Source: Squalus acanthias (lineage: Eukaryota). From it: 64,000 bases of DNA. Below, piece after piece: positions 48,501 through 60,491 of this stretch (the first letter of the stretch is position 1; every line of letters starts with the position of its first letter). Both the position numbers and the translations under genes were made by a program. The DNA is taken from positions 144,648,001 through 144,712,000 of the forward strand of contig CM059431.1 in the NCBI GenBank assembly GCA_030390025.1, written 5' to 3'. Under the pieces are notes generated by a model. That model had not been told where the DNA came from, made no database searches, and saw only the letters and a program-made list of their open reading frames with translations.

Positions 48501-51500
48501 TTAGATCAAAGGAAGAGGCTTAAAATGTTGCCAAAAAGAGTAGTAAGCCTGAGGATTGGGAAGATTTTAGAATTCAGCAAAGGAGGACCAAGAAATTGAT
48601 AAAGAAAGGGAAAATAGAATGAGAGTAAACTAGCAAGAGACATAAAAACAGACTGTAAAAGCTTCTATAGGTATCGTAAACAGGAAAAAATTAGCAAAAG
48701 TAAACGTGGGCCCTTACAGGCTGAGAAAGGAGAAATTATAATGGGGAAGAAGGAAATGGCTAAGAAATTAAACAAATACTTTGTGTTTGTCTTCACAGAA
48801 GACAAACACAAATAAATTCCCAGAAATAGTAGAGAACCAAGGAACGAGCGAGAATGAGGAACTGAAATAAATTAGTATTAGTAAACAAAAGTAGGACTGG
48901 AGAAATTAATGGGACTGAAATCAAATCAATCCCCTGGACCTGATGGTCTACATCCTAGGATTTTGAAAGAGGTGGCTATAGAGATAGTGGATGCATTGGT
49001 TGTCATTTTCCAAAATTCCAGATTCTAGAATGGTTCCCGCGGATTGGAAGGTAGCAAATGTAACCCCATGATTTAAGAAAGGAGGGAGAGAGAAAATGGG
49101 GAATTACAGACCAGGTAGCCTGACATCAGTAGCAGGGAAAATGCTAGAATCTATTATTAAGGATGTGGTAACAGAGCACTTAGAAAATAATAATAGGATT
49201 GGGCAGAGTCAACACGGATTTATGAAAAGGAAATCGTGTTTTACAAGTCTGTTAGAGTTTTTTGAGATTATAACTCGCAGGATAAGGGGGAACCAGTGGA
49301 TGTGGTGTATTTGGATTTCAGAAGGCATTCAATAAGGTGCCACACAAGAGGTTATTAAACAAAATTAGGGCTAATGGGATTGGGGGTAATATACTAGCAT
49401 GGATTGAGGATTGGTTAACTGACAGAAAACAGAGAGTAGGAATAAACGGGTCATTTTCGGGTTGGCAGGCTGTAACTAGTGGGGCACCGCAAGAATCAGT
49501 GCTTGGGCCTCAACTTTTCACAATCTACATCAATGATTTGGATGAGGGGACCAAAAGTAACATATCCAAGTTTGCTGATGATACAAAGCTGGGTGGGAAT
49601 GTAATTTGTGAGGAGGATGCAAGAAGGCCTCAAGGGGATATAGACAGGGGAAGTGAGTGGGCAAGAACATGGCAAATGGAATATAACGTGGAGAAATGAA
49701 AAGTTATCCACTTTGGTAGGAAAAATAGAAAAGCAGAGTATTTTTAAATGGTGAGAGATTGGGAAATGTTGGTATTCAGAGGAACCTGGGTGTCCTTGTA
49801 CACGAATCACTGAAAGTTAACATGCAGGTACAGCAAGCAATTAGGAAAGCAAATGGTATGTTGGCCTTTATCACAAGAGGATTTGATTATAAGAGTAAAG
49901 GCGTCTTATTACAATTATATAGGGCCCTGGTGAGACTACACCGGGAGTATTGTGTACAGTTTAGGTCTCCTTACCCAAGAAAGATATACCTGCCATAGAA
50001 TCATTGAAATTTACAGCACAGAAGGAGGCCATTCGGCCCATCTTGTCCGTGCCGGCTGACAAAGATCTATCCACCTTCATCCCACTTTGCAGCACTTGGT
50101 CCGTAGCCTTGTAGGTTACAGCACTTCAAGTGCATATCCAAGTACTTTTTAACTGTGATGAGGGTCTCTGCCTCTTCCACCCTTTCAGACAGTGAGTTCC
50201 AGACCCCCATCACCCTCTCCTCAAATCCCCTCTAAACTTACAACCAATTACTTTAAATCTATACCCCCTGGTTAATGACCCTTCTGCGAAGAGAAATAGT
50301 TCCTTTCTATCCACTCTATCTTGGCCCCTCAAAGAAAACAACCCATGCCTCGCCAATCTTTCCACATAGCTAAAATTCTCCAGTCCAGGAAACATTCTCG
50401 TAAATCTCCTCTGTACGCTCTCTAGCGCAATCACATCTTTCCTGTAATGTGGTGACCAGAACTGCACGCAGTACTCTAGCTGAGGCCTAACTAGCGTTTT
50501 ATACAGTTCAAGCATAACCTCCCTGCTCTTATATTCTATGCCACGGCTAATAAAGACGTATGCTTTCTTAACCATCTTATCTACCTGGCCTGCTACCTTC
50601 AGGGAATGTGGACATGCACTCCAAGGTCCCTTTGTTCCTCTACACTACTCAGTGTCCTACCATGTATTGTGTATTCTCCTGCCTTGTTAGCCCTCCCCAA
50701 ATGCATTACCTCACACTTCTCCAGATTGAATTCCATTTGCCACTGTTCTGCCGACCTGAGCAGTCCATTGATATCTTCCTGCAGTCTGCAAGCTTTCTTC
50801 TTCATTAACCACCGCACGGCAATTTTTGGATCATCTGCAAACTTCTTAATCATACCCCCTACATTCAAGTCTAAATCATTGATACATATCACAAAAAGCA
50901 AGGGACCGAGTTCTGAGCCCTGCGGAACCCCACTGGAAACAGCCTTCCAGTCACAAAAAACACCCATCGACCATAACCCCTTGCTTCCTACTTCTGAGCC
51001 AATTTTGGATCCAACTTGCCACTTTGGATCCCATGGGCTTTTACTTTCGTGACCAGTCTGCCATGTGGGACCTTATCAAAAGCCTTGCTAAAATCCATAT
51101 ACATTACATCAAACGCACAATCCTCATCGACCCTCCTCGTTACCTCCTCAAAAAATTAAAATCAGGTTAGTCAGACACAACCTCCCCTTAACAAATCCAT
51201 GCTGACAGCCCTTGATTAATCCGTGTCTTTCTAAATGAAGATTTATCCTGTCCCTCAGAATGTTTTCCAATAATTTTCCCACCACCGAGGTTAGGCTGAC
51301 TGGCCTGTAACTACTCGGTCTATCCCTTTTTAAACAACGGTACCACGTTAGTAGTCCTCCAGTCCTCTGGCACAGAACCTGTAGCTAGAGAGGATTGGAA
51401 AATGATTGTCAGAGCCTCTGCTATTTCCCCCCTTGGAGGGAGTGGAACGAAGGTTCACCAGGCTGGTTCCTAGGACGGGGGAAATTGTCCTACGAGGACA

Positions 51501-53235
51501 GATTGAGTAGACTAGGCCTATATTCTCCAGAGTTTAGAAGAATGAAAGGTAATTTCATTGAAACATACAAAATTCTTACAGGGCTTGACAGGGTAGAAGC
51601 AGGGAGAATGTTACCCCTGGCTGGGGAGAATTGAACCAGGGTCACAGTCTCAGAATAAGGGGTCAGCCATTTAGGACAGAGATGAGGAGAAATTTCTTCA
51701 CTCAGAGGGTGGAGGAGGCTCTGTGGTTGAGTATATTCAAGACAGAGATCGATAGATTTTTGAATATTAAGGGAATCAAGGGATAGAAACATAGAAAATA
51801 GGTGCAGGAGTAGACCATTCGGTCCTTCGAGCCTGCACCGCCATTTAATGCGTTCATGGCTGAACATGCTACCTCAGTACCCCATTCATGCTTTCTCGCC
51901 ATACCCCTTGATCCCCCTAGTTGTGAGTATTATATCTAACTCCCTTTTGAATATATTTAGCGAACTGGCCTCAACAACCTTCTGTGGTAGTGAATTCCAC
52001 AGATTCACCACTCTCTGGGTGAAGAAGTTCCTCCTCATCTCAGTCTTAAATGGCTTCCCCTTTATCCTTAGACTGTGACCCCTGGTTTTAGTTTTCCCTA
52101 ACATTGGAAACATTCTGCCCGCATCTAATTTGTCTAAACCAGTCAGGATTTTAAACGTCTCTCTAAGATCCCCTCTCATTCTTCTGAACTCCAGAGGATA
52201 CAAGTTCAGTTGATCCAGTCTTTCTTGATATGTCAGTCTGGCCAACCCAGGAATCAATCTAGTGAACCTTCGTTGCACTCCCTCAATAGGAAGAATGTCC
52301 TTCCTCAAGTTAGGAGACCAAAACTGCACACAATACTCCAGGTGTGGCCTCACCAAGGCCCTGTACAACTGCAGCATCACCTCCCTACTCCTGTACTCAA
52401 ATCCCCTTGCTATGAAGGCCATCGTGCCATTTGCTTTCTTGACTGCCTGCTGCACTTGCCTTCCCACCTTCAGTGACTGATGTACCATGACGCCCAGGTC
52501 TCGTTGCACCTCCCCTTTCCCTAATCTGCCACCATTCAGGTAATAGTCTGCCTCCCTATTTTTACCACCAAAGTGGATAACCTCACATTTATCCACATTG
52601 TACTTCATCTGCCATACATTTGCCCATTCACCCAACCTGTCCAAGTCACTCTGTAGCCTCCTAGCATCCTCCTCATTGTTCACACTGCCTCCCAATTTAG
52701 TGTCATCTGCAAATTTGGAGATATCACAATTAATCCCTTCGTCCAAATCATTAATATATAATGTAAACAGCTGGGGCCCCAGCACCGAACCCTGCGGTAC
52801 CACGCTGGTCACTGCCTGCCATTCTGAAAAGTACCCATTTACTCCTACTCTTTGTTTCCTGTGTGCCAACCAGTTCTCAATCCACGTCAACACATTACCC
52901 CTAATCCCATGTGCTTTAACTTTGCACAACAATCTCTTGTGTGGGACCTTGTCGAAGGCCTTCTGAAAGTCCAAATACACCACATCTACTGGTTCCCCCC
53001 CGTCCACCCTATTAGAAACATCCTCAAAAATTTCCAGAAGATTTGTCAAGCATGATTTCCCTTTCACAAATCCATGCTGACTTGGACCTATCATGACGCC
53101 ACTTTCCAAATGGATATGGGGATAGTGCAGGAAAGTGGAGCTGAGGTAATAGATTAGCCGTGATCTTATTGAATGGCAGAGCAGGTTCGAAGGGCCAAAT
53201 GGCCTCCTCCTGCTCCTATTTCTTATGTTCTTAAA
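45590..53235. mobile_element. Nest of at least five CR1 LINE copies in both orientations
   Basis: + copy 45590-47400 split by a + 3' fragment 46397-46823 (TATTAGC duplication); + copy 47400-53235 split by - copies ~49994-51430 and ~51784-53109 (open 407-aa RT C-terminus). Confidence 0.9.
47677..48233. repeat. 61-bp minisatellite, ~9 copies
   Basis: Unit gtcaatgggactctctctgacctttctccccagtccatctccaggaccagtgtgtatctga. Confidence 0.97.
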
Positions 53236-53239
53236 TAAG

Positions 53240-53570
53240 TGGGTTTCAGGCTGCTCTTACAGGAGGAGAGGGAGGCAGAGAGGTTTAGGTACGGAATTTC
53301 AGAGCCGGGACAGCTGAAGGCACGGCCGCCACCGTTGGGATGAGGAGAGGGTGAAATGCACAAGAGACCAGAGTCGGAGGAACAGAGAGATCTTGGAGGT
53401 GGGGGAGTGTAGGACTGGAGGAGGTTACAGAGACAGGAAGGGACAAGACCATGAAGGGGTTTAAATGAGGATGAGTGTTTTAATTTGGAGGTGCTGGGGG
53501 ACCGGGAGCCAATGTAGATTCACAAGGACAGGGGTGATCGGTGAGCACGGCCTTGATGCATTAAAGTTTA
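53240..53570 (-). mobile_element. L2 fragment
   Basis: SPITPVLVNLHWLPVPQHLQIK motif. Confidence 0.75.
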
Positions 53571-54179
53571 TGGAGGGTGAAAGGATCAAAGCCGACCGGG
53601 AGAGCACTGGAAAATTCAAGTCTCCAGGTGATAAAAGACACTGAATGGGACGGGGAGGGAACAGAATTCCTGGCAGGGGCTGAAGACCATGTCTGCGGTC
53701 TTTCCCAATGTTTAATTGGAGAAATGTGTAGCTCATCACAGATGGATGTCGGACAAGCAGCGTGAGAAAGCAAAGGCAGTGGAGGGTTCGAGAGTGGTCT
53801 GTGCCGGTGTTTATGGTCCACACGAGCCTGCTGCCACCGCTCTTCATCTAACCCCGTCAGCATAACCTTATATTCCTTTCTCCCTCATATCTTTATCAAA
53901 CATCTCATTCAATGATTTTGTTTTGTAGTGAGGCTCTGCAATCTGGCACTTGCCTTCTGACCGACCCTGTACAATTCAAGTGATGTTGTTCCTCCACCTC
54001 CACTGGCCCAAGCCCCCTGCCCCCGCAATAGCACAGCCCTCCCACCCCCCCACTGTCCCAGCCCCACCACTGGTCCACGGGTTGGGCATCCAGTGGGCAC
54101 AGGAGTTAGGTCAGTGTGGTGCGGGTAGAGTCAGAGGAAAGAGAGGGGGAGGCAGGGTGCAGAGTGGGGACAGGAATTT

Positions 54180-55100
54180 CATAGAATCATAGAAACATAG
54201 AAGAAAGGAGCAGGAGTAGGCCATTCGGCCCCTCGAGCCTGCTCCGCCATTCAATGCGATCATGGCTGATCATCCAAATTCAGTACCCTGTCCCTGCTTT
54301 CTCCCCATATCCCTTGATACCCTTAGCCTTAAGAAATATATCCAACTCCTTCTTGAATCTATTTAATGAATTGGCCTCTACTGCCTTCTGTGGCAGAGAA
54401 TTCCACAGGTTCACCACTCTCTGGGTGAAGAAATTCCTCCTCATTTCTGTCCTAAATGGCTTACCTCTTATCCTTGGACTGTGACCCCTGGTTCTGGACT
54501 CCCCGACCATCGGGAACATCCTTCCTGCATCTACTGTGTCCTGTCCTGTCAGAATTTTATAAGTTTCAATGAGATCCCCTCTCATTCTTCTAAACTCCAG
54601 CGAGTCTAAGCCCAATCGACCCAATCTCTCTTCATACATCATTCCTGCCATCCCAGGTATCAGCCTTGTGAATCTTCGCTGAACTCCTTCCATGGCAAGA
54701 ACATCCTTCCTCAGATAAGGCGACCAAAACTGTACACAGTACTCAAGGTGTGGTCTCACCAAGGCCCTGTACAACTGCAGCAAGTCATCCTTGTTCCTGT
54801 ACTCAAACCCTCTCGCTATGAAGGCCAACATACCATTTGCCTTCTTAACTGCCTGCTGCACCTGCATGCTTACCTTCAGCGACTGGTGCACAAGGACACC
54901 CAGGTCTCGTTGCACTTCCCCTTCTCCCAATCTATTGCCATTCAGATAATAATCTGCCTTTCTGTTTTTGACACCAAAGTGGATTCCCTCGCATTTATCC
55001 ACGTTATATTCCATCTGCCACACTTCTGCCCAATCACCCAACCTGGCCAAATCATCCTGGAGTTTCTCGGCATCCTCCTCGCAGCACACACGCCCACCCA
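54180..55100 (-). mobile_element. CR1 3' fragment, young, same subfamily as 29186-31620
   Basis: Open RT C-terminus ending KGIKGYGEKAGTGY; near-identical to 29190-30080. Confidence 0.95.
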
Positions 55101-55190
55101 CTCTGGACAGTCTTACCCTGAATATAACAGACATTGTACAAGGGAGAAAATATACATCTCTTCTAATATCAAAACCAACTTCTAATATTA

Positions 55191-55416
55191 TTACTAACAG
55201 CAAAATACTGGAGATGCTGGAAATATGACATAAAAGCTGAAAATGCTGGAAACACTCAGTGGGTCAGGCAGGGTCTGTGGGGAGGGGACGGTGGGGTTAA
55301 CGGTTCAGGTCAATGACCTTTCCTGAGAACAGGTTCAGGAACTGAAACATTAACCCCACCTTCCTCTCCCCAGTCGCTGCCTGACCCGCTGAGTTTCCAG
55401 CATTTTCAGCTTTTAT
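55191..55416. mobile_element. Penelope-terminus hairpin mini-element with 11-bp TSD
   Basis: ttctaatatta at 55180-55190 and 55417-55427; inverted ataaaagctgaaaatgctggaaac arms. Confidence 0.8.
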
Positions 55417-56121
55417 TTCTAATATTACTCATCCCCATTTCAGACTATATTCAGTGTTTTACTTGGTTTGGGTTCTCACCATTTCAGAATACACTGGGAA
55501 TCTGAGGCTCGCTGTGTATCTGATGTTGATTTTGGAAGCACATTCCCTGCTTGCTTTGACTGGTGTTGTTCTACTTCTGTATTGTGTGTGTCTGTGACCA
55601 ATGAAACAGGAGGCAAACACTCAGCCAGCGTTTAATGTCTTTCACCGTCCCCGGTACTAAACACTGGGGATGTCCAAAGGTAATGAAGCTGTGCTCAGCA
55701 TTCACTATCTGATAATACTCTGTACCTGCTGGTCAGAGGCCGTGCTGATCTTTGAGGTTTCTCTGCATCGTGTTCAATGAATTGAGTATAATTAGTTTCT
55801 CTGTTCAATCTTTCCCCTGATTAGTCACCAGATCTGAGCTATTTTAACACTGAGGTCTGATGGTGTCGGTGAGTGTTCAGGCCCACCTAATAAACAGACA
55901 CGTGTCCATCTGCTGGACTCTGCCCCAGACTTGAGTCACCTCAGATCAAACCCCTTCACGCTAAAACACACACAAGATTCACTGTGACTGTGTTTAGAGA
56001 CAGAAACTGATCTCATCACATTCCATTGCACAGCCTCATGCTGGATAATTGGGCTCGGTGGTCAGACTCTCCCAGTCTCATTCTCAACATTTCCTGCCTT
56101 ACCATGTAACCTTTTTGTGCT

Positions 56122-56465
56122 GTCTCCAGGACCAGTGTGCATCTGAGTCAATGGGACTCTCTCTGACCTTTCTCCTCAGTCCATCTCCAGGACCAGTGTG
56201 TATCTAAGTCAATGAACTCTCTCTGACCTTTCTCCCCAGTCCATCTCCAGGACCAGAGTGTATCTGAGTCAATGGGACTCTCTCTGACCTTTCTCCCCAG
56301 TCCATCTCCAGGACCAGTGTGTATCTGAGTCAATAGGACTCTCTCTGACCTTTCTCCCCGGTCCATCTCCTGGACCAGTGTGTATCTGAGTCAATGGGAC
56401 TCTCTCTGACCTTTCTCCCCAGTCTATCTCCAGGACCAGTGTGTATCTGAGTCAATGGGACTCTG
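56122..56465. repeat. 61-bp minisatellite, ~5.5 copies (same unit as 47677-48233)
   Basis: Same unit and same orientation. Confidence 0.97.
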
Positions 56466-56471
56466 TCTTAC

Positions 56472-56645
56472 CTTGCTCTGCAGTCGATCTCTGAAAGCTC
56501 TTTGAATCGGAAGGGTTCTCTCTGGTTGGTGCTCTCACAATCCTGTGGTGGATCACCTGCTGTTGTTCCTCAGTCTACAATCCATGTTTACTCCAGCTGT
56601 GGACCTTTCTCAATCACTCCGTCATTCCGTCATTCCCCGGGAGAT
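56472..56645 (-). other. Candidate 5'UTR exon of the NLR gene
   Basis: Non-repeat segment bounded by ctctgccattattag| and AAG|gtaaga on the NLR strand; no transcript evidence. Confidence 0.35.
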
Positions 56646-56876
56646 CTAATAATGGCAGAGCATAAAATGAGAACAATATTGATGTTGTGAAGTGGAATGT
56701 AGTGTACAATTTTCCTCCAACGTTTCAGAGAAGTAAAAGTTCAGGGCCGAGTATTTCTGTTTGATTTTCTCCATTTCCTCAGATCCTCGTCCTGCCCGCC
56801 TGGGCTTCTGGAAAAATCACCAGAATTCTGGATGGAAATGTACAATTTATCTGTGCTTTAGAGAAACCGGCGCTAT

Positions 56877-57270
56877 CTGATCTCACTGGGCCCATCCTCC
56901 CCAGGTTACACACTGTCTGATCTCACTGGGCCCATCCTCCCCGGGTTACACACTGTCTGATCTCACTGGGCCCATCCTCCCCGGGTTACACACTGTCTGA
57001 TCTCCCTGGACCCATCCTCCCCGGGTTACACACTGTCTGATCTCACTGGGCCCATCCTCCCTGGGTTACACATTGTCTGATCTCACTAGGCCCATCCTCC
57101 CCGGGTTACACACTGTCTGATCTCACTGGGCCCATCCTCCCCGGGTTACACACTGTCTGATCTCACTGGGCCCATCCTCCCCGGGTTACACACTGTCTGA
57201 TCTCACTGGGCCCATCCTCTCCGGGTTACACACTGTCTGATCTCACTGGGCCCATCCACCTCGGGTTACA
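56877..57270. repeat. 40-bp minisatellite, ~10 copies; last unit displaced to 61883-61930
   Basis: Unit tctgatctcactgggcccatcctccccgggttacacactg. Confidence 0.97.
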
Positions 57271-57643
57271 TAAGAACATAATAAATAGGAGCAGGAGTAG
57301 GCCAATCGGCCCCTCTAGCCTGCTCCGCCATTCAATAAGTTCATGGCTGATCTGATCCTAACCGCCAATCTACTATCTACTATCACAGAACCATCTCCTG
57401 CATCTAACAGAATTGCACACACGAAATAGGAGCAGAATCAGGCTACACGGTCCCTCGGCCCGCTCCACTACCCACAGGGCCATGACCGATCCGAACCTAG
57501 ACTCATGTCCAAATTTCTGCCCGCTCCCCGTAACCCTTAATGCCCTTTACTTCTAGGAAACTGTCTATTTCTCTTTTAAATTTATTTAATGATGTAGCTT
57601 CTACAGCTTTTTGTGGCAGCATATTCCATGGACCTACCACCCT

Positions 57644-60451
57644 CTAAGTGAAGTAGTTCCTCCTCATCTCAGTTTTGAAAGAGCAGCCCCTTATTCTAAG
57701 ACTATGTCCCCTACTTCTAGTCTCACCCGTCATCGGGAACATCCTCCCCGCATCCACCCGATCCAACCCCTTCACAATCTTATATGTTTCAATAAGATCG
57801 CCTCTCATTCTTCTGAACTCCAATGAGTAGAGTCCCAATCTACACAACCTCTCCTCATATGACCACCCCCTCATCCCCGGGATTAACCGAGTGAACCTTT
57901 TTTGCACTGCCTCGAGAGCAAGGATGTCTTTCCTTAAGGAAGGACTCCAAAACTGTATGCAGTATTCCAGGTGCGGTCTCACCAATACCTTGTACAACTG
58001 AAGCAATACCTCCCTATTTTTATATTCTATCCCCCTAGCAATGAAAGCCAACATTCCATTTGCCTTCTTAATCACTTGCTGCACCTGCATAATAACCTTT
58101 TGAGTTTCGTGCACCAGGTCCCCCAGATCCCTTTGCACTTCAGTACTCTCCAGTTTCTTGCCGTTAAGATAATAAATTGCTCTAGGATTTTTCCTGCCAA
58201 AGTGCATCACCTCACACTTTCCAGTGTTGTATTCCATCTGCCAAATCTCTGCCCACTTACTTAGCCTGTCTATGTCACCTTGCAGGTTTTTTATGTCCTC
58301 CTCACTCACTACTTTCCCTCCCATCTTTGTATCATCTGCAAATTTTGATATGTTACACTTGGTCCCTTCCTCCAAATCGTTAATATAGATTGTAAAGAGT
58401 TGGGGACCCAGCACTGACCCCTGTGGAACACCACTAGTTACTGATTGCCAGTCTGAGAATGAACCATTTATCCCAACTCTTTGCTTTCTGTTAGATAGCC
58501 AATCCTCTATCCATGCCAGAATATTACCCCCAATCCCGTGATTTTTTACCTTAAGCAATAATCTTTTGTGTGGCACCTTGTCAAATGCCTTTTGGAAGTC
58601 TAAATACACTACGTCCACTGGTTCCCCTTTATCCACTCTATATGTTACTTCCTCAAAGAACTCCAGCAAATTTGTCAAACATGACTTCCCCTTCGTAAAA
58701 CCATGCTGACTTTGTCCTATTAAATTATGATTATCCAAATGTCCTGTTACTGTTTCCTTAATAATGGACTCCAAAATTTTACCTACCACAGATGTTAGGC
58801 TAACCGGTCTATAGTTACCAGCCTTCTGTCTACTGCCCTTTTTAAATAAGGGTGTTACATTAGCAGTTTTCCAGTCTGCCGGGACCTTAGCGGAATCCAG
58901 GGAGTTTTGAAAAATTACCAATGCATCTACAATCCCTACCGCCACTTCCTTCAAGACTCTAGGATGTAAGCCATCAGGTCCAGGTGATTTATCCGCCTTG
59001 AGTCCCATTATTTTACAGAGTACCACTTCCTTAGTGATTTTGATCGTGTTTAGCTCCTCTCCCCCTATAGCCCCCTGTTTGTCCAGTGTTGGGATATTCT
59101 TAGTGTCCTCTACTGTAAAGACTGATACAAAATATTCATTCAGTGTTTTTGCCATCTCCATATTTCCCACCATTAATTTCCCGGTCTCATCCTCTGAGGG
59201 ACCAACATTTACTTTAGCCACCCTTTTTCTTTTTATATAACTATAAAAACTCTTGCTATCTGTTTTTATATTTTTTGCTAATTTACTTTCATAATCTATC
59301 TTCCCTTTCTTAATCAATCTTTTTGTTATTTTTTGCTGCCTTTTAAAGTTTTCCCAATCCTCTGTCCTCCCACTAGATTTCGCTACCTTATATGCCCTTG
59401 TTTTTAGTCGAATACTATCCTTAATTTCTTTACTTAGCCACGGATGACTGTCCTTTCTTTTACACCCTTTTCTTTTCAGTGGAATATATATTTTTTGGAA
59501 GTTGTAAAATAACTCCTTGAATGTACACCACTGATCATGTGTCGTCTTACCCTTTAATCTATTTTCCCAATCCACTCTACTCAATTCCGCTCGCATACCT
59601 TCATAGTCACCTTTATTCAAGCTTAGCACGCATGTTTGAGATCCAACCTTCTCACCCTCTAATTGAATATGGAATTCAACCATGTTATGGTCACTCATTC
59701 CAAGGGGATCCTTTACTAGGACATTTTTAATTAATCCTGTCTCGTTACACAGGACCAGATCTAAGGTTGCTTGCCCCCTGGTCGGTTCAGTTACATACTG
59801 CTCAAGAAACCCATCCCTAATACACTCAATGAACTCATCCTCAAGGCAGCCCTGTCCCATTTGATTTGTCCAATTAATATGATAGTTAAAATCCCCCATA
59901 ATTATAGATGTTCCCTTATTACATGCCTCAACTATTTCCTGATTGATACTCCGTCCAACAGAGTTGCAACTGTTCGGAGGCCTATAGACTACGCCCACTA
60001 GTGTTTCTTTCCCCTTATTATTCCTTATCTCCACCCAAACTGTTTCATTATCATGATTTTTTGACCCAATATCATTACTCTGTATTACAGTGATTCCTTC
60101 CTTTATTAACATAGCCACTCCACCTCCCCTTCCTTCCTGCCTGTGCTTCCTGATCGTTAAATAACCTGGTATGTTTAATTCCCAGGCATTGTCACCCTGC
60201 AGCCATGTTTCTGTAATGGCCACAATATCATAACCATATGTAGTTATTTGTGCCATTAACTCATCTATTTTGTTACGAATGCTACGTGCATTCAGATAGA
60301 GAACTTTCAAATATGCTTTGTGGCACTTAGTTCCTGCTTTTTCACTTTTTACCACTTTACCTTTTACTCCACACACTCTGTCCCTTCCTGCCACGCTCTG
60401 GTTTGTGATTCCCCTACTGCTACCTATGTCTATGACCCTCTCTGTTGTCAT
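57644..60451 (-). CDS. CR1 ORF2 (APE endonuclease + reverse transcriptase), 935 aa, late premature stop
   Basis: [31 protein letters not shown]; ends NYFT-TAG where sister copies read FFTQRVVNLWNSLP. Confidence 0.95.
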   Translation of the reverse strand: MTTERVIDIGSSRGITNQSVAGRDRVCGVKGKVVKSEKAGTKCHKAYLKVLYLNARSIRNKIDELMAQITTYGYDIVAITETWLQGDNAWELNIPGYLTIRKHRQEGRGGGVAMLIKEGITVIQSNDIGSKNHDNETVWVEIRNNKGKETLVGVVYRPPNSCNSVGRSINQEIVEACNKGTSIIMGDFNYHINWTNQMGQGCLEDEFIECIRDGFLEQYVTEPTRGQATLDLVLCNETGLIKNVLVKDPLGMSDHNMVEFHIQLEGEKVGSQTCVLSLNKGDYEGMRAELSRVDWENRLKGKTTHDQWCTFKELFYNFQKIYIPLKRKGCKRKDSHPWLSKEIKDSIRLKTRAYKVAKSSGRTEDWENFKRQQKITKRLIKKGKIDYESKLAKNIKTDSKSFYSYIKRKRVAKVNVGPSEDETGKLMVGNMEMAKTLNEYFVSVFTVEDTKNIPTLDKQGAIGGEELNTIKITKEVVLCKIMGLKADKSPGPDGLHPRVLKEVAVGIVDALVIFQNSLDSAKVPADWKTANVTPLFKKGSRQKAGNYRPVSLTSVVGKILESIIKETVTGHLDNHNLIGQSQHGFTKGKSCLTNLLEFFEEVTYRVDKGEPVDVVYLDFQKAFDKVPHKRLLLKVKNHGIGGNILAWIEDWLSNRKQRVGINGSFSDWQSVTSGVPQGSVLGPQLFTIYINDLEEGTKCNISKFADDTKMGGKVVSEEDIKNLQGDIDRLSKWAEIWQMEYNTGKCEVMHFGRKNPRAIYYLNGKKLESTEVQRDLGDLVHETQKVIMQVQQVIKKANGMLAFIARGIEYKNREVLLQLYKVLVRPHLEYCIQFWSPSLRKDILALEAVQKRFTRLIPGMRGWSYEERLCRLGLYSLEFRRMRGDLIETYKIVKGLDRVDAGRMFPMTGETRSRGHSLRIRGCSFKTEMRRNYFT

Positions 60452-60491
60452 TTTTATTTTTTGCTCTCTTGAAACCTCCCCCCCCCACTAA

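Noticed and set aside
52210..53055. Plus-strand ORFs overlapping CR1 RT (similar ones at 4130, 30634, 58998)
   Set aside because: Antisense shadows of RT coding sequence.
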